64,000 nucleotides of DNA from Candidatus Aegiribacteria sp. (GTDB lineage Bacteria; Fermentibacterota; Fermentibacteria; Fermentibacterales; JCC-6), in the NCBI GenBank assembly GCA_030620995.1, contig JAUXIK010000001.1:65796-129795 (forward strand), given 5' to 3'. Under the pieces are notes generated by a model. The model was not told where the DNA came from and did not search any database. It saw only the letters and a list, made by a program, of their open reading frames with translations. Below are positions 45,950-53,019 of the stretch, piece after piece. Numbering within the stretch: the first letter of the stretch is position 1; the number at the start of each line of letters is the position of its first letter. The translations under genes were made by a program, and so were the position numbers.

Positions 45950-47772
45950 TTGACAACAGCAAGCAGGACCTGGATTGGTTAGGGGCTGATATCGAAACCT
46001 TACTTATGCAGCTTCCATTAAATCCATCCGCGCCACTCGAATTAACAGGAAATGTTCCTCTTGCCGGCGCTTCTCTGGCGAGTGCAACAGGGCTTCATCG
46101 GGATTCGATTCTTGATCAGAATACAGCAGACATATCCGGAGACAGAACGCTGGTTAACCTGGTCATCGAAAAGTCTCCCCGGCTTATTTCCTTTACTCTT
46201 TATTCCTGGAATGTGGAAAGAAGCATTTATATCGCCAAAGAAATAAGGAGAGGAATGCCTGATATCATCATTGTAGCAGGCGGCCCGGAAGTTACAGCTG
46301 ATAATGAATGGCTTCTGAGAAATAAGGAATTTGATCTTTTCGTTTCTGGTGAGGGTGAGCCCGGTGCCAGTGAAGTTCTTAAATATGATTCAGTAATTAA
46401 TATCATCAAGACTGCTTCAGGTTTTCTGGAAACAGGGCAAATGGATTTCATCCCCGGATCGTGGCCAAACCCATGGCTGACCGGTTATCTGGACCCTTCC
46501 AAAGGGGCTTCAATTCATATTGAAACTGTGAGAGGATGTTCCGGCTCCTGCAACTATTGCTCATACAGAAGAAACCATCCGGTTCCCAGGATACTTCCGG
46601 CAAAGGACGCAATTATACTTCTGAAGAAACTATCCAGCGCTGGAGCAGGAGAGATTGTGTTTCTCGATCCGACATTCAATAATCGGCCGGATCTCATCGA
46701 GCTTCTTGAAGGAATGGTCGATCTCCGTATTGACTGTTTTGGTGAGATGAGAGGTGATATGATATCAAAACATATTGCGGATGCACTTGCCCGGGCAGGA
46801 TTCAGGAGTGCTGAAATTGGTTTTCAATCAGGAAATCCTGAGGTTCTCATACAATCCGGACGATTGGGAAATCCTCAGGACATACTTGATGGCGCTCTTA
46901 ATCTGAAAAATGCCGGTGTAACACCTGTTATCGATCTAATGCTTGGTCTGCCGGGCGATACTCCGGCAGGCGCAATCAGATCAGCCGGCATAATCAGAGA
47001 TATGGGTCTGCACCAGCAAGTTCAGGTTTTTCATCTCTCAATGCTTCCCGGAACACAGATAAGAATAGATTCGACTGACCGGTTCATGCCCCGTCCACCC
47101 TACTACCGATTCACAGACATGAGTATGGGAGGATATGCAGCAGCAAGAGAGGAAATAGCTGATATTCTTGGTTATGATCTTGATCTTGACCCCAGACCGC
47201 TGCTTTTTGATGAATGGGCTGGTACAGAGTATATCGATCTTTCAACAGACACCGAAACATCCAGACAAATGCCCTCATTCAGGCATGGCGCGATAAGATT
47301 CAGATCGGAAAATCCATGGAACGACAGGAAGCAGATCATCGAATTCGTCAGAAGCAGGTTACAGTCCGATCCATTCTGCGTTCTTGACGTAATACTTGAA
47401 CCCGCCGTCGAATTCCCGCTTGACCTCATCGGCCTTCTGCGTCAACTCGACAGTCCTATTGACTACTCCGGAAGAGTTGCAAGGGTACTTGGCAGACAGG
47501 GTAACCTCAGAATAACCATCCTTCTCGCTGACTGGCGTGAATTCAAGCCAACCTGGATTGAAGCTGCCACCGGTACGTGCGCTGTTGTAGCAGACGAAGC
47601 TTTTCCAACAGGACTGCCGAAGGAATTCTGGGACATGGGGGTATCTGTCAGATTGCCCGGGATTGAATGGAACATCAGAGATCTTTCAGCACGCGTCCCA
47701 TCAATACACCAGGTTCTCTTCCAGAACAGGATCATGGAAGAACGATGGAGCAGAGAGATCCTTGAAATTTGA
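45871..47772 (+). CDS. B12-binding-domain radical SAM protein
   Basis: 633 aa. It has a cobalamin-binding-like N-domain (IIIVAGGPEVTAD) and the radical SAM cluster motif CSGSCNYCSY. The start is uncertain, either 45871 (79-nt overlap with the upstream gene) or the ATG at 46006. Confidence 0.85.
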   Translation: MQASSSFRLCSDNNCLDCEHLLASYLIDNSKQDLDWLGADIETLLMQLPLNPSAPLELTGNVPLAGASLASATGLHRDSILDQNTADISGDRTLVNLVIEKSPRLISFTLYSWNVERSIYIAKEIRRGMPDIIIVAGGPEVTADNEWLLRNKEFDLFVSGEGEPGASEVLKYDSVINIIKTASGFLETGQMDFIPGSWPNPWLTGYLDPSKGASIHIETVRGCSGSCNYCSYRRNHPVPRILPAKDAIILLKKLSSAGAGEIVFLDPTFNNRPDLIELLEGMVDLRIDCFGEMRGDMISKHIADALARAGFRSAEIGFQSGNPEVLIQSGRLGNPQDILDGALNLKNAGVTPVIDLMLGLPGDTPAGAIRSAGIIRDMGLHQQVQVFHLSMLPGTQIRIDSTDRFMPRPPYYRFTDMSMGGYAAAREEIADILGYDLDLDPRPLLFDEWAGTEYIDLSTDTETSRQMPSFRHGAIRFRSENPWNDRKQIIEFVRSRLQSDPFCVLDVILEPAVEFPLDLIGLLRQLDSPIDYSGRVARVLGRQGNLRITILLADWREFKPTWIEAATGTCAVVADEAFPTGLPKEFWDMGVSVRLPGIEWNIRDLSARVPSIHQVLFQNRIMEERWSREILEI

Positions 47773-47780
47773 TAAGCTCC

Positions 47781-47931
47781 AGGGTCAGGTCTTGCATTCA
47801 AGCGTTTATTGTCCTTTTAAATCAACTATTGCAATAAATGCTTAAATGCAAGACCTGACCCTACCATCAAGCGTTTATTGTCCTTCTAAATCAACTATTG
47901 CAATAAATGCTTAAATGCAAGACCTGACCCT
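47781..47931 (+). repeat. two 64-nt direct repeats (47799-47862 and 47868-47931, one mismatch) with nested inverted repeats
   Basis: Read directly from the sequence. The left arm agggtcaggtcttgcatt (47781-47798) is the reverse complement of aatgcaagacctgaccct, which ends each unit. Each unit also holds an inner 12-bp hairpin, aagcgtttattg / caataaatgctt. Confidence 0.9.
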
Positions 47932-47941
47932 AATGTAGTTA

Positions 47942-47970
47942 TTGACATAAACACCATGCGGATATATACA
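47942..47970 (+). promoter_or_regulatory. candidate sigma70-type promoter for the 48020 gene
   Basis: TTGACA (47942-47947), a 17-nt spacer, then TATACA (47965-47970). This lies about 50 nt upstream of the ATG and its GGAGGGG SD. Confidence 0.35.
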
Positions 47971-48019
47971 TAGCTATCAAGTATTAAGCTATATGCCTAT
48001 TTTATTGGAGGGGATAACA

Positions 48020-48409
48020 ATGAATAAGGTTGTTGTGCATTTTGTAGGCGGCAGTATACAGAAGGGGTATACCAGCGATTTCTCTATGAACAGGACTACG
48101 TTTCATCTTGCTGGTATTGAAGATCACAAAACGGAAATAATAGATTTTCATAAGCTGAAAGCTGTCTTTTTCGTAAAAGACTTCGAAGGTAATCCTAAAT
48201 ATACGGATTCAAAGGATTTTGATAGTTCTCAGACTGTATATGGCAAGAAATACCGCGTGCTTTTCAGGGATGGCGAAGAGGTCATCGGGACAGGTGTGGG
48301 ATATAACCCCAACAAACCCGGGTTTTTCTTAACGCCCTGTGACCCTGATAGTAACATTTTAAGAGCTTTTGTCAACATTGAATTCATCAGCAAAATAGAA
48401 CAGATATAA
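48020..48409 (+). CDS. small hypothetical protein (129 aa), beta-rich
   Basis: The start is re-called to the ATG at 48020 (MNKVVVHFVGG), which has GGAGGGG 6 nt upstream. The motif KAVFFVKDFEGNP ... GFFLTPCDPDSNILRAFV is not assignable by me. Confidence 0.65.
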   Translation: MNKVVVHFVGGSIQKGYTSDFSMNRTTFHLAGIEDHKTEIIDFHKLKAVFFVKDFEGNPKYTDSKDFDSSQTVYGKKYRVLFRDGEEVIGTGVGYNPNKPGFFLTPCDPDSNILRAFVNIEFISKIEQI

Positions 48410-48456
48410 CCGGAGATCATTCCGGCTGGCCGCTTTCTGAAATAAGTGCTGACAGG

Positions 48457-49080
48457 TTACTTGTTATTACCGTTTTTCTCTTTAAGACATTCAGGTACCG
48501 GGCGCTTCCTGTCATAAGCGACTGGAAGTCGCCCCTCTTCAACGTGTAGTATCTCCCTGCCTTCCTTATGTCCCAGTTCGAATGCTTTCAGGTTCATCTT
48601 GATGAATCTTTCAGGAACTGTTTCTTTCAGAGAAGTAATCCAGATTTCCAGGCTGAACAATCTGCATAGAGATGCTATCATTCCAACCGCTATGATATTC
48701 GCAGCCATTGGAGTTCCATACTCCCCAATACTTTTCCCGGTAAGCGGATATTCATAAACCTTGCCTTCAGGTATCTGGTTTACAAATGTTGTATCCACAA
48801 GAATAATCCCGTCTTCTTTCACTTCTCCGGCAAACTTGTCCGCACTCTCCTGATTCATTGCGAGGAGAATATCAAGTTCCCTGCAATTAGGGAAGAGAAT
48901 CTCTTTTCTGGAGATTATGATGTCAGTACGGCTGGCTCCGCCTCTTGCTTCGGGACCGTAGCTCTGAGTCTGACAAACATCGAAACCGGATTTAATGGAC
49001 GATTGAGAGAATACTCTTCCAGCAAGACCCAGCCCCTGTCCGCCGGCGCCGGATAATCTGATTTCATAATAGTTCTTCAT
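48457..49080 (-). CDS. 2-oxoacid:ferredoxin oxidoreductase, gamma subunit
   Basis: 207 aa with the GAGGQGLGLAG motif. It is the last gene of a delta-alpha-beta-gamma operon, the same order and sizes as the OorDABC type. Confidence 0.9.
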   Translation of the reverse strand: MKNYYEIRLSGAGGQGLGLAGRVFSQSSIKSGFDVCQTQSYGPEARGGASRTDIIISRKEILFPNCRELDILLAMNQESADKFAGEVKEDGIILVDTTFVNQIPEGKVYEYPLTGKSIGEYGTPMAANIIAVGMIASLCRLFSLEIWITSLKETVPERFIKMNLKAFELGHKEGREILHVEEGRLPVAYDRKRPVPECLKEKNGNNK

Positions 49081-49919
49081 CTCGAAGCTCCCGCCAAATT
49101 TCCGGCTTTCTCACAAAGCTTATCGTAGCGTTCTTCATACGAGATTGAAACCTTGTCGACAAAAACACCACGAACGATTTTCCCATGAGCATCCTCCGGC
49201 TTCATTGCCTTCGCCTGACTGATGTTTATGGTATTCTCCTTCAGGAGTTTCATCATTTCTACAGGTCCGCCCAGTCTGTTTGCCCGGCCAAAGTTCGTCG
49301 GACATGGGGCAAGAACCTCAACTACACTGAACCCCTTCTTCCTGAAGGCTCTCGTCAGTATCCTGTCAAGTTCTACTATATGGTAGACAGTTCCACGAGC
49401 GACAAAGGGCGCTCCGGCACCCTCCATAAGATTACATACATCGAATCCGGGTTCAATCATCCCGTAAGGCGTTGTAGCAGTTTTGGCTCCCTCGGGAGTA
49501 ACGGGTGAAAACTGTCCGCCGGTCATTCCGTAATTGTCATTATTAACAATGATGGCAGTGATATTAATATTTCTTCTGGCAGCATGGATTATATGGTTTC
49601 CTCCGATCGCCAGAGCATCCCCGTCACCCATTACAGCCATTATGTTAAGTGAAGGATTAGCCATCTTCACTCCGGTGCCAAAAGCCAGCGCCCTGCCGTG
49701 AGTAGTATGAATTGTGTTGAAATCGACATAGACCGGCATTCTGGAAGTACATCCAATACCGGAAACCATAACGATGTTATCCTTTTCCCATGACAGAGAG
49801 TCAACAGCCCTGATAATCGATCCCATGACTATTCCGATTCCGCAGCCGGGACACCAGACATGTGGAAATTTCTTCTTTGACCTGAGATATTTGTACTCAT
49901 ACGGAAGCGGAGCAGGCAT
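49077..49919 (-). CDS. 2-oxoacid:ferredoxin oxidoreductase, beta (TPP-binding) subunit
   Basis: 280 aa. It has WCPGCGIG and the TPP motif GDGDALAIGGNH. Confidence 0.92.
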   Translation of the reverse strand: MPAPLPYEYKYLRSKKKFPHVWCPGCGIGIVMGSIIRAVDSLSWEKDNIVMVSGIGCTSRMPVYVDFNTIHTTHGRALAFGTGVKMANPSLNIMAVMGDGDALAIGGNHIIHAARRNINITAIIVNNDNYGMTGGQFSPVTPEGAKTATTPYGMIEPGFDVCNLMEGAGAPFVARGTVYHIVELDRILTRAFRKKGFSVVEVLAPCPTNFGRANRLGGPVEMMKLLKENTINISQAKAMKPEDAHGKIVRGVFVDKVSISYEERYDKLCEKAGNLAGASR

Positions 49920-51061
49920 TACATCACCTCCAGAACAGCATTTACGATTTCTTCAGGAGTGATTTCGTATCCGTCTATACGGTGAAGAGGAACCACTCTT
50001 ACAGAATCACTTGTCATTCTTTCAACTTCATGAATCAGTTGTCCCTGATTCAGCTCCGGAACCAGAATGACTTCTTTTGAGTCAAGTTCTTCCTTGACAG
50101 TTCTATCAGGGAAGGGCCACAGCGTAACAGGACGAAAAACACCGACTTTCTTCTTTCTCTTCTTGAGCATTGCCTGGGCGGCAAGAGCAGATCGATAGAC
50201 AGAGCCGTAAGCGAAAATCGTAACCGGGTTCTCTTCTACATCATGCATGCGGACATCTTCAAGCTCATCGAGTCTTCTGGTTATCTTATGCTTGAGACGA
50301 TTCATTTTCCCGATGACTTCCTTTTCTTTCCTGGTGGGAAATCCATGAACATCATGGGTCAGTCCGGTTACGTGAAACCTGTAACCGCTTCCGATACATG
50401 CCATCGGGGACACGTTCGAGGCAGTAACGTGGTAATGCTCATACCATTCAACCGGTACATCCGGAACCGGTTTTGGTTCTACATAAAGATCTCCCTCGGC
50501 TGGAAAAGTAATGCGCTCTCTCATATGGCCGATTATCTCATCCGGAAGGAGAATTACAGGTGTTCTGAACTGCTCCGAAAGATTGAAAGCCCGGATGGTC
50601 ATCTCAAAACACTCTCTGACATTTGATGGAGCCAGCGCAATAACGGGATGATCTCCATGAGTTCCCCATCTTGCCTGCATGATGTCTCCCTGAGCAACCT
50701 GGGTGGGAAGACCTGTTGAGGGGCCACCTCGCATCACATTAACTAAAACAAGTGGAACTTCAGCCATACAAGCGTATCCAAGGCCTTCCTGCATGAGACT
50801 GAATCCCGGACCACTGGTAGCAGTCATGGATTTTGCACCCGCAAGCCTTGCGCCTATTAAAGCGCTTATACTTGCTATCTCATCCTCCATCTGGATCCAT
50901 TTCGTGCCAAGGAGGGGCATGTATTTCGCCAGGAGTTCAGCAATCTCCGTTGATGGAGTAATGGGGTATCCGGCAAAGAACTCTATTCCTGCAGCAACCG
51001 CTCCAAGAGCAACTGCTTCATTTCCCTGCACAAGTCTGGTTTCTCCCCAAGGTACAATCAC
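49919..51061 (-). CDS. 2-oxoacid:ferredoxin oxidoreductase, alpha subunit
   Basis: 380 aa. It has GNEAVALGAVAAG and YPITPSTEI motifs. Confidence 0.92.
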   Translation of the reverse strand: MIVPWGETRLVQGNEAVALGAVAAGIEFFAGYPITPSTEIAELLAKYMPLLGTKWIQMEDEIASISALIGARLAGAKSMTATSGPGFSLMQEGLGYACMAEVPLVLVNVMRGGPSTGLPTQVAQGDIMQARWGTHGDHPVIALAPSNVRECFEMTIRAFNLSEQFRTPVILLPDEIIGHMRERITFPAEGDLYVEPKPVPDVPVEWYEHYHVTASNVSPMACIGSGYRFHVTGLTHDVHGFPTRKEKEVIGKMNRLKHKITRRLDELEDVRMHDVEENPVTIFAYGSVYRSALAAQAMLKKRKKKVGVFRPVTLWPFPDRTVKEELDSKEVILVPELNQGQLIHEVERMTSDSVRVVPLHRIDGYEITPEEIVNAVLEVM

Positions 51062-51426
51062 CTGGAATCACCTTCTCCCCTTTTGGCCGTTACTTCTGGC
51101 AGTCTATCCAAATTGTTCTGTTTCTCATTCACCCGTCCGGTTTCATCTGCAATTCCAATTGCGAAATCAGGACATCTCCTTGCGCACAGATAACATCTGA
51201 TACACTTTTCAGGATGTACAACCACTGCTTTCTGGTTTTTCATTGAAAGAACACCCGCAGGACAGAAAGCAACACAGATCGCACAGCCTTTGCACCAGTC
51301 AGGAAAGACATGTATGAAAGAATCGGTCATTTTTTCCTTCTTCGGCATTCCTATCTTCTCCTTCACCTTCCCACCATTTTTCTTTCTGGTGAAGGTTTGT
51401 CTGTCAGGTGAAGTTTTACTGGTCAT
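51058..51426 (-). CDS. 2-oxoacid:ferredoxin oxidoreductase, delta subunit (2x[4Fe-4S] ferredoxin)
   Basis: It has two cluster motifs, CKGCAICVAFCP and CIRCYLCARRCP. The start is uncertain: the ATG at 51426 has GGGAGG 10 nt upstream, and alternatives are 51465 or 51348. Confidence 0.8.
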   Translation of the reverse strand: MTSKTSPDRQTFTRKKNGGKVKEKIGMPKKEKMTDSFIHVFPDWCKGCAICVAFCPAGVLSMKNQKAVVVHPEKCIRCYLCARRCPDFAIGIADETGRVNEKQNNLDRLPEVTAKRGEGDSR

Positions 51427-51530
51427 TAAACCTGTACCTCCCTTTTGTTTTGCACAGGCAAACAAATAATTACGCAGAAAGACAGGTAATTATCCTGCCC
51501 TCCTGCATAGTTTCTCATAGATAATTTCCG

Positions 51531-52856
51531 TTACTTCACAAATGACTCCAGAATTTCATGAAGATCAGGTCTTCCGATTTCCTGGAGTTCGTATCCCACT
51601 CTAACAACAGGCTTATTTATCTTGATTATTCTTGTGAGATCAATTGGAGTAGCAATTACAACGACATCACAATCAGCTGCATTGATACTCTGCTGAAGAT
51701 CTCTCATCTGATCCTCACCGTAACCCATCGCGGGAAGAATATATGCTTCTTCTCTGTCAGCGTAGTATTTCTCATAAGTATCAATTATGGTGCCTACAGC
51801 AAAAGGTCTGGGATCAACATAATCTCCGGCACCGAATTTCTCAGCTGCCACAAATCCTGCGCCGAATTCCATCTCACCGTGGGTAAGAGTAGGTCCATCC
51901 TCAACAACAAGAACTTTTGCGCCTGTAATGAGGGAAGGGTTGTCTACAGTCAATGGACTTGCAGCATCAACAATCCTGGCGTCCGGATTCACAGCACGGA
52001 TGTTTGATCTTACTTCATCAACATCCTCAGGATAGGCGCTGTCAATTTTATTGATTACCACGACATCGGCCAGTCTGAGATTGGTCTGTCCGGGGTAGTA
52101 GGATATTTCGTGTCCGGGTCTGTGAGGATCGACAACAGTGATTGTGAGATCAGGTTTGTAGAAAGAAGTATCGTTGTTTCCTCCATCCCATAGAATAATA
52201 TCCGCCTCTTTCTCAGCCTCTTTCAGTATTGCTCCGTAGTCTACTCCGGCATATACAACAGTACCGCGCTGAATATGAGGTTCGTACTCCTCCATCTCTT
52301 CAATTGTGCAGTTGTTTATTGAAAGATCCTCTATGGTCTCGAATCTCTGGACCTTCTGAGCCACAAGATCTCCATATGGCATGGGGTGTCTTATAGCAAC
52401 AACTTTTTTTCCTGCCGCCTGAAGAATCTCGATTACACGCCTGGTTGTCTGGCTCTTGCCACAACCTGTCCGAACAGCACATACAGCAATGACCGGTTTC
52501 GTACTCTCAATCATTGTTCTGGAAGCTCCAAGCATCATATAATCGGCTCCGGCCGCGTTAACTTTAGAACAAAGCTCCATTACAGCATTATCGGAAAGAT
52601 CACTGTAAGACATGATGCAGAGTTCAATTTTCTTATCGTGGATAATCTGTTCGAGATTATCTTCTGAAAGGATAGGAATACCATCCGGATAAAGCTCTCC
52701 AGCAAGTTCTGCAGGGTATTTTCTACCGTCAATATCAGGAATCTGTGTAGCAGTAAATGCTACTATTTCGTAATCCGGATTATCCTTATAGAGAACATTG
52801 TAATTATGAAAATCGCGCCCTGCTGCGCCCAGTATCAAGGTTCTGATCTTGCTCAT
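51531..52856 (-). CDS. COG2403-family P-loop protein (cyclic 2,3-diphosphoglycerate synthetase-like / predicted GTPase)
   Basis: The start is re-called to the ATG at 52856 (MSKIRTLILGAAGRDFHNYN). It has a P-loop-like RTGCGKSQTT. The family assignment is from memory of N-terminal and P-loop motifs. Confidence 0.65.
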   Translation of the reverse strand: MSKIRTLILGAAGRDFHNYNVLYKDNPDYEIVAFTATQIPDIDGRKYPAELAGELYPDGIPILSEDNLEQIIHDKKIELCIMSYSDLSDNAVMELCSKVNAAGADYMMLGASRTMIESTKPVIAVCAVRTGCGKSQTTRRVIEILQAAGKKVVAIRHPMPYGDLVAQKVQRFETIEDLSINNCTIEEMEEYEPHIQRGTVVYAGVDYGAILKEAEKEADIILWDGGNNDTSFYKPDLTITVVDPHRPGHEISYYPGQTNLRLADVVVINKIDSAYPEDVDEVRSNIRAVNPDARIVDAASPLTVDNPSLITGAKVLVVEDGPTLTHGEMEFGAGFVAAEKFGAGDYVDPRPFAVGTIIDTYEKYYADREEAYILPAMGYGEDQMRDLQQSINAADCDVVVIATPIDLTRIIKINKPVVRVGYELQEIGRPDLHEILESFVK

Positions 52857-52933
52857 CTGTCGTCCTTTCCGCAAGAGGATGAGTACTTGCGGGAAAGCAA
52901 CAGCGAACCGCAAGCGGTTCGGCCTCTCCCATG

Positions 52934-52962
52934 TTAAAAAGTCCGGTCAACTCCTGACCGGA
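52934..52962 (-). terminator. rho-independent terminator after the Na/Pi transporter gene
   Basis: On the minus strand, tccggtca pairs with tgaccgga around loop ggagt, followed by cttttt (the plus-strand A-run at 52936-52940). Confidence 0.6.
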
Positions 52963-53019
52963 TATATATAAATCTCTTGGTCTTAAACAAGAATGTCAAC
53001 TCATTAACTTAAACAGATA

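Noticed and set aside
47781-47931. I considered whether the direct repeats are a miniature CRISPR array.
   Set aside because: There are only two copies, the units are 64 nt long and separated by 5 nt, so there is no spacer-sized unique sequence. No cas genes occur in the window.
48410-48426. Short hairpin ccgga-gatcat-tccgg between convergent genes, considered as a terminator.
   Set aside because: It has only a 5-bp stem and no adjacent T-run, which is too weak to call.
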